This document shows positions 44,291-55,091 of a stretch of DNA of 64,000 nt, one piece after another. The notes beneath the pieces were generated by a model that saw only the letters and a program-made list of their open reading frames with translations, did no database searches and was not told the origin of the DNA. The position numbers and the translations under genes are program-made. This DNA comes from a virus. The stretch is from the IMG/VR virus record IMGVR_UViG_2848853605_000003; one strand, given 5' to 3'. Within the stretch, counting starts at the first letter, position 1; each line of letters starts with the position of its first letter.

Positions 44291-44608
44291 ATGCTCCGTG
44301 TAATAGTGGTGTTTTTATCTATGACCTTGCTTGTCTCTTGCTCCGATCCTGTGACAGATGCAAAAAGTGCAATTTCTAAGCTCGCCCTTGATGGAGATAG
44401 TGTACAAGTCCGAGATGCAAATATTTTCAAGAAGAATGGCGTCGCTACGGTCACAGTTTGCGGTGAGTTCAATGCAAGTAATGTCTATGGCGGGAAAGTA
44501 GGATGGAAGCGCTTCATCGCATCCTGCCTCAATAAGAATTGCTCAGTAGATACGGAAGAATCTATTGGCAATGCAATAGAGGTGCAGTGGAAGCTCCACT
44601 GCCGATAA
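44291..44608 (+). CDS. Lipoprotein moron
   Basis: LLVS-C lipobox; VCGEFNASNVYGG..GWKRF. Confidence 0.7.
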   Translation: MLRVIVVFLSMTLLVSCSDPVTDAKSAISKLALDGDSVQVRDANIFKKNGVATVTVCGEFNASNVYGGKVGWKRFIASCLNKNCSVDTEESIGNAIEVQWKLHCR

Positions 44609-44672
44609 AAATCTAGAATGCATCATGAAGTAACGAATCCGCTTTAGGCGGATTTTTTATTGGAGCTCCAAC

Positions 44673-47600
44673 ATGGACGTGGCAACTCTTGTACTGCATG
44701 CTGACGCGACCGGCCTGCGGGATGGCGAGCGCGCGCTCGACAGCTTTCAGCGCAAAGGCGAACAAGCGGAACGCTCCATCCTCAGATTTGCTGATTCGGC
44801 AACGCGTGGGTTTTCTCAGGCCAGATCCGCCGCCCTCTCCATGGTGGCCGCTTACGCCAGCATCAACTCCGCAACGGAACTTATTCGACTGGCTGATGCG
44901 TGGACAATGATTTCGGCACGCCTGGAGGTTGTGACCGGCTCCACGCAGCGCGCCATCGAAGCGCAGCGCGAGCTGTTCGACATGTCGCAGCGAACACAGA
45001 CCAATTTCCAGTCGAACGCTGCACTCTTTGCTCGGACCAGCCAAGCAATGTCGGACATGGGCAAGAGTTACGCGGACACAGTCAAGTTGACGCAGGCAGT
45101 TGGACAAGGCTTGGTGATTGGTGGCGCGGGGACGCAGGAGTCATCATCCGTAATGCTGCAGCTATCCCAGGCCCTGGGATCGGGTGTTCTGCAGGGAGAT
45201 GAGTTCCGTTCGCTGATGGAAAATGCGCCATACCTGATGCAGAAACTGGCGGACGCAATCGGCGTGCCGAAGGGGGAACTGAAGAAGCTATCCAGCGAAG
45301 GGAAGCTGACTTCCGAGGTAATTGCCAATGCGCTGCTGACTGCGTCGGATAAAATTGCGAAGGATGCTGAGAAGATACCGCAGACAGCTTCTCGTGGCAT
45401 GCAATACCTGACCAACTCATTTGGAAAGTTCATCGACGATGCTAACCGATCAAGCGGTGCCTCGGCTGCGCTTGGGAATGCCGCAAAGCAACTAGCCGAC
45501 AACCTTGACGGGGTAGTGACAGCTGCTGAACTTGTGGCCACGGCTGTAGGTGTGAAGTACGCATCCGGGGCCGCAGCAGCGGCTCAGGCAAGTGTTGAGC
45601 GCTTCATGGCATCGATACAGGCCGCAAAGGGCGATGCCGAAGCCAGCCAGGCTGCACTGAGGCGCGCTCAAGCGGAGAAAACTGCAGCGATGTTCCAGCT
45701 TGACTCTGCGCGCGCAAGCAAGGAAAGGGCTGCTGCTGCATTGGCTTCTGCTGCCACGGATCGAGAGCGCATTGCGTTGATGGCGTCAGTGACTGCTGGC
45801 GAGGCTCGGCAGGCTGAGCAGTCCGGCGCCATTGCCGCGGCCAAGGCTAGACTGGCTGCTGCGGAGCAGGCGGCGACAGCTGCAACGTTGGAGCACTCCG
45901 CAGCAGAGGCCGCGCGACAGGGGGAGCTGATCAAGACTACAGCATCCTTTGACCGACTAGCCAGAGCTGAAGCTGCGGTCGCCGCGACAGGAGCAGAGGT
46001 GGTTGCGGCAAGCCGGTCATTAGTGGTTGAACAACAGCGTGTTGCGGACTCGAATGGCCGGGCTGCTGCTATGGCAAACGCATTGACGATGGCTGACGAG
46101 AGGCTGGCAAAGGCTGAGGCAACAGTTGCTGAAGCGGCCACAGTACAGACGGCGGCTGTTGCGCGAGCAGGCGAGGTGTCTGCGGCGGCGACCGCAGCTG
46201 CGAACAACCTTGCAGCTGCTCAAGCAAGGTCGAGCATTGTTGCGAGGGGGTTTGGAACAGCAATCGGCGCTCTCGGTGGTCCTGTGGGATTGGCCATTAT
46301 GGGTTTTGCCCTCCTCGCGACTCAGGTTGACCTGTTTTCCAGTGCTGCGGAAAGGGCTGCTGAAAAAGGTGTAAACGCGATAAATAAGATTCGCGCGGCA
46401 TTTGCAGAAGGGAATGTAGTCGAGGCCAAAAAACCTCGGGATGAACTCTTTCTGGATTCAGATCAGGCTGACAAGAGGGTAGCAGACCTTGAGGCAAGGC
46501 TTGCTTCTTTGAGAGCTCGCGGAGGATTTGGAGGCGGACCACGAGCTGCGCAGATGGGGCAGGATGGCGCCTCCATCTCTGAACTTGAAGAAATGATCGT
46601 CCAGGCGAGAAGAAATGCGGCCGCAATTCGAGGTCAAGCAATCAAAGCTGACGCCGCATACAGAGAGGCTAAAGCTGAGAGAGAGCGGATTGACGATCAA
46701 AGCGACCCAACCGTCCTGGCCAGATCGGTTACGGGGAAATACCTGTCGGACCTGAAGAATGCAAGTGCTGCGCGGCGGATGGCCTCAGAGATTGATGCGG
46801 AGAACAAGGCCTATGCCGAAGCCCTAAAGGGCGCTGCGTCAGCAGAGGAAAAGGCAAGGCTACTGGCTATCCATGAAGAGAACATGGCCGCCATCCGCGA
46901 CCGGTTTTCGCGCAAGAGCCGCGGCAAGGGCGCGGGAGGGCTATCGCGCGGCGAGAGTGGCATCGCGGGACTGGAGGCTGATATCCGCAGTCTTTCGCAG
47001 ATGATCGACCAGTACAGCCAGCTGGGTAGCGCCGCGCAGAAGCTGACGGAGGGCGAGAAGCAACTGAATAAGCTGCGAGCGCAGCGCGTAGAGCTCGCCA
47101 ACAAACCGAATGCCGGTCTGACGGAAAAGGGTCTCGCAGACCGAGGCAAGGAACTGGCCGACCTCGACAAGCAGATCCAGCTGGCACAAAAGAAAGTCAG
47201 CCTGGAGAAGTCAGTCCGCGGATTGGAAAACTTCTACTCCGACATGGAGAAGTCGCAATCCGGCATCCGTGCGGCAGATGCATACCTAAAGCGGCTGGAT
47301 CAGATCGGCATCAAGGTAGACAAGCTGACCGAGGCCGAGAAAGACCTGCTCGACTTGCGCGCTGAGCGTGAGACGTTACAGGCGGCGCCGGCGCCAGCGG
47401 ACAAGGATGAGTCGAAAGCTAGGCAGCAGCGACTGGCTGCCCTGGACGATCAGATCAATCAGAAGCAAAGGCTGGTCGGACTGGAGTCGGATGGCCGCCG
47501 AGGTCTTGCTGCCCGGAAGTACACCGACGAAATCCAGCGTCAGATTGCGGTTATGGGGCTGGGTTCGGCTGCGCGCGAGCGTTACCTGTTTTCCTTGCAG

Positions 47601-48386
47601 TTGGAGGAGAACCAGATTGCTTCCACCTCGGCGGAGTATCAGCAGCTAATGGCGTTGTACGATGAGCACGTCGCCAGGAGCCGTGATTTCGTGATTGGTT
47701 GGGATGCGGCTATGGCCGATTACCTCGATTCCACATCCAACAACGCCAAGGCCGCTGGTGCCGTTTTCAACGCAATGACTTCCAGTATGGAGGCTGGGCT
47801 CATTCAGTTTTTCGAAACCGGCAAGCTGGGCTGGAAGGAGTTCACGGTCAGTGTGCTGCGCGAGATCAACAAGATCATGGCGGCGAAGGCGGCAGCCGGA
47901 CTTTTGAGTTCTGTCGGAGGATGGCTTTCTTCTGGGACGGGGGGCTGGATGGGGGCCGCCGCCGGCATGATAGGAGGCGGTGCAACACAAATCGCCGCCC
48001 CTATTGTTGATGGCACCCTCGGGCCGGGCCGAGCATTCGGTGGCCCCGTCTACCCGAATACCTTGCACCCGGTGAACGAGCGCGGCATGCCTGAGTTGCT
48101 GATGTATGGAGGGAGCCAGTTCTTGATGATGCCGGGACAGGGCGGACACGTGACGCCGCTGATGCCGGCGACGGGCGGAGGTGGCCGGCCGGCAGATGGT
48201 GGCGTGAGGATCGAGCAAACCAACATCTTCAATGGCGACAAACAAGAAAGCCAAGGGAGCGGCGCGGCATCGTTTGAGAGGATGATGGCCGGCTTGGTTC
48301 AGCCCATGCGCGCTGTTGCTAAACAAGTGATTCAGGCCGAGATGCGCCCCGGTGGGGATATCTACAGGGGGCTGGGGCGAGGTTAA
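44673..48386 (+). CDS. Tail tape measure protein
   Basis: 1237 aa; QLSQALGSGVLQGDEFRS tape-measure domain; RAFGGPV...ERG.PEL. Confidence 0.92.
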   Translation: MDVATLVLHADATGLRDGERALDSFQRKGEQAERSILRFADSATRGFSQARSAALSMVAAYASINSATELIRLADAWTMISARLEVVTGSTQRAIEAQRELFDMSQRTQTNFQSNAALFARTSQAMSDMGKSYADTVKLTQAVGQGLVIGGAGTQESSSVMLQLSQALGSGVLQGDEFRSLMENAPYLMQKLADAIGVPKGELKKLSSEGKLTSEVIANALLTASDKIAKDAEKIPQTASRGMQYLTNSFGKFIDDANRSSGASAALGNAAKQLADNLDGVVTAAELVATAVGVKYASGAAAAAQASVERFMASIQAAKGDAEASQAALRRAQAEKTAAMFQLDSARASKERAAAALASAATDRERIALMASVTAGEARQAEQSGAIAAAKARLAAAEQAATAATLEHSAAEAARQGELIKTTASFDRLARAEAAVAATGAEVVAASRSLVVEQQRVADSNGRAAAMANALTMADERLAKAEATVAEAATVQTAAVARAGEVSAAATAAANNLAAAQARSSIVARGFGTAIGALGGPVGLAIMGFALLATQVDLFSSAAERAAEKGVNAINKIRAAFAEGNVVEAKKPRDELFLDSDQADKRVADLEARLASLRARGGFGGGPRAAQMGQDGASISELEEMIVQARRNAAAIRGQAIKADAAYREAKAERERIDDQSDPTVLARSVTGKYLSDLKNASAARRMASEIDAENKAYAEALKGAASAEEKARLLAIHEENMAAIRDRFSRKSRGKGAGGLSRGESGIAGLEADIRSLSQMIDQYSQLGSAAQKLTEGEKQLNKLRAQRVELANKPNAGLTEKGLADRGKELADLDKQIQLAQKKVSLEKSVRGLENFYSDMEKSQSGIRAADAYLKRLDQIGIKVDKLTEAEKDLLDLRAERETLQAAPAPADKDESKARQQRLAALDDQINQKQRLVGLESDGRRGLAARKYTDEIQRQIAVMGLGSAARERYLFSLQLEENQIASTSAEYQQLMALYDEHVARSRDFVIGWDAAMADYLDSTSNNAKAAGAVFNAMTSSMEAGLIQFFETGKLGWKEFTVSVLREINKIMAAKAAAGLLSSVGGWLSSGTGGWMGAAAGMIGGGATQIAAPIVDGTLGPGRAFGGPVYPNTLHPVNERGMPELLMYGGSQFLMMPGQGGHVTPLMPATGGGGRPADGGVRIEQTNIFNGDKQESQGSGAASFERMMAGLVQPMRAVAKQVIQAEMRPGGDIYRGLGRG

Positions 48387-48400
48387 TAGAAGGATATTTA

Positions 48401-48745
48401 ATGGCAGAAACATTCACCTGGCGGCCGGCATTTGGCGCTAGCGCGAGCATCCATCCAGCGGTGACAACTTCGCGCTTCGGAGATGGCTACGCACAGCGCG
48501 TTCCGAGCGGGATCAATACCATGCCAGTGAAGCTCTCACTTTCCTTCAACAACCTATCAAGGGAATCTGCGAATGCCCTTGAGTCGTTTTTAGTCCGGCA
48601 CGGCGGCGTGCGCTGGTTCTGGTATTCGCACGCCGGCCAACCGGTGGCCAAGTTTATCTGTGGAGAATGGCAGCGGATCAATCAGGACAGAGATGCGGAC
48701 ACGATCACGTGCACCTTCGAGCAGGTATTTGATATAGGCAGCTGA
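48401..48745 (+). CDS. Minor tail protein M-like
   Basis: ETFTW...FGDGYAQR...GIN...FEQVF. Confidence 0.88.
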   Translation: MAETFTWRPAFGASASIHPAVTTSRFGDGYAQRVPSGINTMPVKLSLSFNNLSRESANALESFLVRHGGVRWFWYSHAGQPVAKFICGEWQRINQDRDADTITCTFEQVFDIGS

Positions 48746-48746
48746 G

Positions 48747-49445
48747 ATGCAAATCGAAAAGGACGTGCAAAGCTTCACCCTTGATCCGAGGGTGGAGCTT
48801 TTTCAATTGGCCCCGCCGACCGGCACTCAGTATCCGGCACAGTACTTCACGCCGGCCGGCACGGACGCCAATACCAACCCGATCAGCTTCATGGGACAAG
48901 AGTACCAACCATGGGCGATCCAGGCTGAGGGCTTCGAGAAGACGGTACAGGGCGGCGCGCCGCGACCGACGTTGTCTATCGCCAATGCGGTGATGGGCGC
49001 CAATGGCCCTATCTACGGCATCTTCACTCAGCTGGTTCGACAGTTCAAGGGCCTGACCGGTTGGAAGGTAACGCGCATGGTCACCTACGCCAAGTTTCTG
49101 GACGGCGGCTCGCTGGCGGGCTCGCCCGAGTTCCACCAGCAAGAAATCTGGTTCGTTAACCGGCGCACGCAGGATGACGGCACGGTATTGCAGTTCGAGC
49201 TTGTGAGCGCACTGGACCTTGAAGGCAAGACCGTGCCGAACACCATGGCAAGCATCTACTGCCCTGCTCAAACGCAGTATCGGAGCGCCGCCTGCGGTTA
49301 CGCCGGCGTCGCCATGTTCGACGCTGATGGCAAGCCAACTTCCGACCCGAACAAGGATGCATGCGGGAAGCGCTATAGCGACTGCCAGTGCCGAGGAAAC
49401 CAGACCAACTATCCCGGCATGCTTGGCCTGCGACGATACGGCTGA
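48747..49445 (+). CDS. Minor tail protein L-like
   Basis: GFE...PRPTL.IAN...FEL.SALDL...D.CGKR.SDC. Confidence 0.88.
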   Translation: MQIEKDVQSFTLDPRVELFQLAPPTGTQYPAQYFTPAGTDANTNPISFMGQEYQPWAIQAEGFEKTVQGGAPRPTLSIANAVMGANGPIYGIFTQLVRQFKGLTGWKVTRMVTYAKFLDGGSLAGSPEFHQQEIWFVNRRTQDDGTVLQFELVSALDLEGKTVPNTMASIYCPAQTQYRSAACGYAGVAMFDADGKPTSDPNKDACGKRYSDCQCRGNQTNYPGMLGLRRYG

Positions 49446-49502
49446 TGCCAGCCGCCAATCTACCCAACCCGCTTCGGCGGGTTTTTCATTTCGGACCTGC
49501 CA

Positions 49503-50186
49503 ATGATCAACGAAATGCTACGCCTCGCTGAACTGGCCCACCCGCAAGAGGCCTGCGGCGTGCTGCTAGACTCCGGGCGCATCTACCCGTGCCGGAACAT
49601 TGCCGGCAACCCGCACGCGCAGTTTGAACTTGATCCGGTGGACTATGCTGCCGCTGAGCAATTGGGCCGAGTCGTTGGCATCTGGCACAGCCACCCCGAT
49701 GACACGGCGGAGCCGTCGCTTGTGGATCGGGTAATGTGCGAGAGAACAGGGCTGCCTTGGCACATCGTGAGTTGGCCGAACGGCGAGCACACGTTGACCG
49801 AGCCCAGCGGCTGGCAGGCTCCCTACGAAGGGCGGCCGTTCTGCTGGGGGATGTTCGACTGCTTCAGCCTGGCACAGGACTGGCATCGGCGCGAGACCGG
49901 CATCCTGCTGCCGCGCGCCGCAGCGCGTGAGGACTTCTGGCGACACGGCGAGAATCCTTTTGCAGCCTGGCTGGCTTCGGCGCCGGCCGACGTCGTGACC
50001 GACGATATCCAGCGCGGCGACCTGATTTTCATGATGTGCGAGGCTGACGTGATCAACCACGTTGCCGTCTATGTCGGCGACAGCCGAATCCTTCATCAGC
50101 TCTACAACCAGCCCAGCCAGATCAGCATCTATGGAGGCTGGTGGCAGCGCTGCGCAGTTACCGTCGTAAGGCCGCGCCATGGGTGA
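49503..50186 (+). CDS. Tail protein K-like (JAB + NlpC/P60)
   Basis: EACG, HSHP, DC, NH..VY.G..ILH. Confidence 0.9.
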   Translation: MINEMLRLAELAHPQEACGVLLDSGRIYPCRNIAGNPHAQFELDPVDYAAAEQLGRVVGIWHSHPDDTAEPSLVDRVMCERTGLPWHIVSWPNGEHTLTEPSGWQAPYEGRPFCWGMFDCFSLAQDWHRRETGILLPRAAAREDFWRHGENPFAAWLASAPADVVTDDIQRGDLIFMMCEADVINHVAVYVGDSRILHQLYNQPSQISIYGGWWQRCAVTVVRPRHG

Positions 50187-50811
50187 AAAAAGAACGGTGC
50201 GGCTTGGAGGCGGGCTGGGTGAGATGTACGTGAAGGAGTTTGCTGCACATGTTGAAAGCGTGGCCGAGGCAATCCGCATGCTCGATGCTAATTGGCCTGG
50301 CTTCATTCAGCACTTGCGAGAAAGCGATCCGGAGAAGGTGGTCTACCGCGTCACCGTGGCCGGCCGGGACGTCGAAGAAGACGAGATCGTGCTGGTGAGC
50401 AAGGGCGACATCCTCATCATGCCGGTGATCGGCGGGGCGAAAGGCGGTGTTAGAGCCCTGGTTGGCGCGGCGCTTGTTGCCTTTGCTGTCGTCGGCTCTA
50501 TCTCCATGCCATGGGCGTCCCCATTCCTGAGCGAGGGCGTTGCCAGCGTAATGATGAATGTCGGCGTTGGCCTCATGGTTGGGGCAGCAGTTGAGCTGTT
50601 GACGCCGATTCCTCGACAGCCGGACTGGCAAGCGAGGGAAGGCAAGCCGAACTACTGGTTCAACGGCGCGCAGCAAACAAGCGCCCAAGGGCTTCCAATC
50701 CCTATCGGTGCCGGAACGGTGCTGATAGGCGGCACGGTAATTTCGGCAGGCATCAGCGTCGAGGACATCGGCACTGGCTCGCTTCCAAGTAATCCACCAG
50801 TTCTAATCTAG
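50179..50811 (+). CDS. Tail assembly protein I-like
   Basis: PVIGGAK...QGLPIPI..G...GG.VISAG. Confidence 0.88.
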   Translation: MGEKRTVRLGGGLGEMYVKEFAAHVESVAEAIRMLDANWPGFIQHLRESDPEKVVYRVTVAGRDVEEDEIVLVSKGDILIMPVIGGAKGGVRALVGAALVAFAVVGSISMPWASPFLSEGVASVMMNVGVGLMVGAAVELLTPIPRQPDWQAREGKPNYWFNGAQQTSAQGLPIPIGAGTVLIGGTVISAGISVEDIGTGSLPSNPPVLI

Positions 50812-50847
50812 CCCGCGCATGCGGGCTTTCTTGTTTATGGAGCTTCC

Positions 50848-53800
50848 ATGTCTGCACGAGAAAGCATTTTCGGCGCCAAGGGCGGCGGCGGGGAGCAGCG
50901 CACACCGGTAGAGTCGCCGGATTCGGCACAGTCGATCAGCTATGGTCGGATGATGGTCTTGCTGGGCCACGGGGAGGCTGGAGGGCCGGCGGATTTCGCT
51001 AACCCGCTGAAGAGCATTTATCTGGACGATACGCCGATCCAGAACGCAGACGGGTCGTTCAACTTCCAGAACATGCAGGTCGCGTTCCGCACCGGGACGC
51101 AAACACAGACCGCCATCCAGGGTTTTCCGTCGATTGAAACCGAGATCGGTGTCGGCCTGGAGGTAAAGACATCCAATCCGATCACTCAAACGGTGGCGGA
51201 TATCAATGCTACCGCGGTCAGGGTGACGGTATCCCTGCCTGGCGGCCTGCGGTCTACTGACCCGAAGACGGGCGATACCGGCGGAGCGACCGTTCAATAC
51301 GCCATTGATCTGGCGCCGGCAAATGGCAAATTCACCCAAGCAGCCGAAGTAACAATTTCGGCAAAGGTTTCTGCGAACTATCAGCGCAGCACACGTGTTC
51401 CGCTTGTTGGCAATGGACCTTGGCTTCTTCGAGTACGTCGCCTCACGCCGGATAGCAATTCGCAATACTTGGTCAACCAGACTGCGTTCACGTCTTTTAC
51501 TAGCATCATCGACGCGCAGTTGCGGTATCCGAACATGGCCATCTTGGCCTTGAAGTTTGACGCACGACAGTTTAGTCGGATGCCGACGGTGTCTGCGCAC
51601 TGGCAGCAACTCAAATGCCAAGTGCCAAACAATTACGATCCGATTGCGCGCACATATACCGGGCCGTGGAATGGCGGGTTCAAGCCCGCGGTAACTAGCA
51701 ATCCTGTTTGGTTTCTTTGGACATACTGCACGGACAGCCGGTTTGGCATCAACATTCCGGCCGGTAGCATGGACAAGTGGGGGATGTATGCCGTCGCGCA
51801 GTGGTGCGACCAACTGGTTCCTGATGGGTATGGTGGCTTTGAGCCGCGCTTCCAGTTTCACAACTTCCAACAAGATGTTCAGGACGCCTGGAAAGTCGTT
51901 TCAGACATCGTTTCATCGTTCTGCGGCCAGGCCTACTGGTCAGCTGGCGGCATCCGCATCACTGCGGACATGCCGGGCAAGGCGATGGTAAAGCACTTTA
52001 ATGCCACCAATGTTATTGACGGCAAATTCACCTACTCGTCCACACCTAAAAACGGTCGCTTCACCGCTGCATCGGTGTCGTGGCTGGACCCGGCTGACCG
52101 CTACCGGCGCGCCATGGAGTATGTCGAACACGGCTCGGGCATGCTGACTTATGGCCTGCAACAGACCTCAGCGGTATCGATGGGGGCGGTGACGCGCGGC
52201 CAGGCGCGGCGGTGCGGTCGATACATCTTGGAGACTGCGCAGAGGTGTACGGAAATGGTCACGTTAAGGGCGGCGGCCTATGCGGCCGACCTGCTGCCGG
52301 GCGACCTGTTCTCGACATCGGATTTCCACGTGGCTGGTGCCAGAATGGGCGGGCGTGTTGTCGCCGTGTCTGGTACGTCCGTCCAGCTCGATGCACCTGT
52401 CACCTTGCAGTCTGGCGTGAGCTACACCCTTGAGGTGACGGGGCCGGATGGGGTTCCAGTGAGGCGCGGTGTGACAGGTGGTGCCGGAACGCGGGACATG
52501 CTAAGCATCGTCACATCGTTCCCGGCTCAGCCAACTCCAGGGGCTACTTGGATTCTTATTGCCACCAACTTGCAGCCGGATCAATGGACATGCGTGTCCA
52601 TCAAGTCGGTAGACAACGGCGAGTTTGAGGTTGTCGGTTTGCAGTACGATCCGAATAAGTGGAATGCAATTGAAACTGGACTCCGTTTCGATCCCGCGCC
52701 AAATAGTAGCCTCCCCGACCCCGGCGTGATGCCGGCAGTGTTGAATGTTCAGCTGCAAGAACTGCCTTATCTCTCGCTGGACGGGGGGAGGCGAGTGAAG
52801 TTGCTGATTGATTGGCCGGCCGTGGTGCATCCATATTTGCGCAGCTATCGGGTTGCGTATCGGCAGGATGGCGGGAACTGGATTCAGCTAGCCGACCAGA
52901 TCAGCAATCATGCCGAGCTGGATGATGTAACGCCAGGGACGTATGAGGTTCGGGTCTCTACGGTTTCTGTTACGGGCGTTGCAGGCAACCCGACGACGAG
53001 CAGCCAGACAACGAAGGGCCAGGTTTTGCCGCCACCGGCGCCGACGCTGACTGCGGTTGGCGGGGCGATGAAGATCGATCTTACGTGGTCCTATCCTGCG
53101 GGACGGCCCGATATCGCCAGGGCCGAGCTTTTCTACAGCGCGACCGCGGGCGATCCGAACCCGTCAAAGCTTGCTGACCTGGCTTACCCGACCTCTACGT
53201 TCAGTTGGCAGGGCCTGCAGCTTGGCGTGACTTATTACTTCTGGCTGCGCGTGTACGACACGTGGGGGAACGCCAGTGGATTTGCTCAGGCCCAGGCGCA
53301 AACGGTCAAAGATCCCAGTGTTTTGTTGGATCAACTTAAAAACAGCCTCACGTCGGAGCAGCTGCAGGAGTCGCTTCGCACGCCCATCGAGCAGGCCATA
53401 AACGTCCAGGGCAGTGTCAACTCGCTGATCCAGGCGCAAATGGAGCAGATGCTGACCGCAGACGAGATCCGGAGCACTCAGGGCAACCACTACGCGTTCG
53501 CCAAACGGCAGCTATCGACGCTGGGCGACAGCCTGCGGCAGGAGGCGAACGAGCGGCTGCTGCTGGCCGCTCGGGTGGATGCAGCCGCCGCCGGCATCAT
53601 CGAGGAGTCCACGGCGCGCGCCGCGGCTGACTCGGCGCTGACGGAGCGGGTCGGGACGATGCAAACCACGGTCGGGGGCCATACCGCCAGCCTGCAGGAG
53701 ATCAGCCGGACGGTGGATGGCGTGGTGGCCGAGAAAATCATCAAGCTGAATTCGGCCGGGAAAATCGCCGGCATCGGCTTGCGAACTGATCCGAACGGCA

Positions 53801-54507
53801 GCGCTGTGGATTTTCTATGCGACAGGCTGGTGGTGTCGCAGCCGGACGGCAACGGCTCGCGCCAGGTGTTCATCTTGTCGTCAATCAACGGTCGCCCGGC
53901 GCTGGGCCTGGCTGGCGACCTGATTGCCGACGGATCGCTAGTCGGTCGCCGCGTGCTGGTAGACGGCTCGGTGGACGCTGCTCAAATCAACACGCGGGGG
54001 CTGACGATCAGGGACCAGGCCGGCAATGTCGTGGTGGATATGTCTGGCATGGGCGCCGCGTACATCAAGGGGCAACTGACAGTCGATCAGATCGATACTC
54101 GGGGCATGACTATCCGAGATCAATTTGGCAGCGCCATCGTTAACATGTACGGGATGGATGCGTCGTACATCCGCAATCTGCAGGTGGATACATTGCAGAT
54201 CAAGGGGGAGGCGGTCAGCAAGAACGATACCCGGACCGTAACGATGAATGGCTGGCAGGGGAGGGGTTGGAATTACTCATTCCCGTTTTATTGCAGCGAC
54301 CGTGGCACTTTGCTTGTGTTCGGCGATTCGCCATTCCCATCCATCACATTGAGCGCCCGCGGGAGGCAAACGCCAATTGGAAATGCTAGCGGAAATATTG
54401 TTCTTGATGTCTCCGCCGGTGAGACCGTGACAGTAGGCGTTGACAGCCCAGGTGGTTACAACGCAAATGGCCAGATTCGCTATGGAGCAGTTTTGTTTAG
54501 GAGGTAG
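50848..54507 (+). CDS. Central tail tip/host-specificity protein J-like
   Basis: GAKGGGG, YPN.A, SNPVW, EPRF, FnIII repeats, DUF1983-like region. Confidence 0.92.
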   Translation: MSARESIFGAKGGGGEQRTPVESPDSAQSISYGRMMVLLGHGEAGGPADFANPLKSIYLDDTPIQNADGSFNFQNMQVAFRTGTQTQTAIQGFPSIETEIGVGLEVKTSNPITQTVADINATAVRVTVSLPGGLRSTDPKTGDTGGATVQYAIDLAPANGKFTQAAEVTISAKVSANYQRSTRVPLVGNGPWLLRVRRLTPDSNSQYLVNQTAFTSFTSIIDAQLRYPNMAILALKFDARQFSRMPTVSAHWQQLKCQVPNNYDPIARTYTGPWNGGFKPAVTSNPVWFLWTYCTDSRFGINIPAGSMDKWGMYAVAQWCDQLVPDGYGGFEPRFQFHNFQQDVQDAWKVVSDIVSSFCGQAYWSAGGIRITADMPGKAMVKHFNATNVIDGKFTYSSTPKNGRFTAASVSWLDPADRYRRAMEYVEHGSGMLTYGLQQTSAVSMGAVTRGQARRCGRYILETAQRCTEMVTLRAAAYAADLLPGDLFSTSDFHVAGARMGGRVVAVSGTSVQLDAPVTLQSGVSYTLEVTGPDGVPVRRGVTGGAGTRDMLSIVTSFPAQPTPGATWILIATNLQPDQWTCVSIKSVDNGEFEVVGLQYDPNKWNAIETGLRFDPAPNSSLPDPGVMPAVLNVQLQELPYLSLDGGRRVKLLIDWPAVVHPYLRSYRVAYRQDGGNWIQLADQISNHAELDDVTPGTYEVRVSTVSVTGVAGNPTTSSQTTKGQVLPPPAPTLTAVGGAMKIDLTWSYPAGRPDIARAELFYSATAGDPNPSKLADLAYPTSTFSWQGLQLGVTYYFWLRVYDTWGNASGFAQAQAQTVKDPSVLLDQLKNSLTSEQLQESLRTPIEQAINVQGSVNSLIQAQMEQMLTADEIRSTQGNHYAFAKRQLSTLGDSLRQEANERLLLAARVDAAAAGIIEESTARAAADSALTERVGTMQTTVGGHTASLQEISRTVDGVVAEKIIKLNSAGKIAGIGLRTDPNGSAVDFLCDRLVVSQPDGNGSRQVFILSSINGRPALGLAGDLIADGSLVGRRVLVDGSVDAAQINTRGLTIRDQAGNVVVDMSGMGAAYIKGQLTVDQIDTRGMTIRDQFGSAIVNMYGMDASYIRNLQVDTLQIKGEAVSKNDTRTVTMNGWQGRGWNYSFPFYCSDRGTLLVFGDSPFPSITLSARGRQTPIGNASGNIVLDVSAGETVTVGVDSPGGYNANGQIRYGAVLFRR

Positions 54508-54510
54508 TGA

Positions 54511-54873
54511 GTGGAGAAAATCAGCATCATCGAGTACGACGACACCGGCCGCATTCTGCAGACGGGCGTCGCATCGCTCGAAAACGTCGAGGTGGAGTAC
54601 GCCATCGGCAAACTGCTGTTGCAGGGCGAGGCGGACCCGTTGACGCAGTACATCCGTGGTGACGGGGTGGTCGAGGCGCGACCGCCGAACCCCGCGCGAC
54701 TGGACGGAATGATGCTGCGCGACCTGCCGGCGCCGTGTCTGCTCGTGGTAGATGGCACGCCCTACAGCTGCGACGACGCTGAGTGCGAGCTGTCGTTCTC
54801 GCTGCCCGGGCTGCATCACATCCAGGTCGAGGCCTGGCCGATGCAGTCCGCAACGTTCGAGGTGGTGACATGA
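54511..54873 (+). CDS. Tail-associated hypothetical protein
   Basis: Follows J; YDD.GRILQ. Confidence 0.6.
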   Translation: MEKISIIEYDDTGRILQTGVASLENVEVEYAIGKLLLQGEADPLTQYIRGDGVVEARPPNPARLDGMMLRDLPAPCLLVVDGTPYSCDDAECELSFSLPGLHHIQVEAWPMQSATFEVVT

Positions 54874-55091
54874 GACTCCATCATTGCGGGGACCACCGCG
54901 CCGCCCGCGCGGCGCAGTACCCGCCCCTGGGCGACCAGTGGGACGTACTGTGGCGCTGGGTGTCCAGCCTGCCGCCGGAGCTGCTCAACGACGAGATGCG
55001 ACAGATGCTGGATCGCATTCAGGCAATCAAGACAAATTTCCCGAAGCCCCGCCCGATACCATCCGGTGGGGCTGATCAATTGGAGATGTGA
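54870..55091 (+). CDS. Small tail fibre chaperone-like protein
   Basis: RAAQYPPLGDQ.D.LW...I.AIK..FPKP. Confidence 0.65.
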   Translation: MRLHHCGDHRAARAAQYPPLGDQWDVLWRWVSSLPPELLNDEMRQMLDRIQAIKTNFPKPRPIPSGGADQLEM

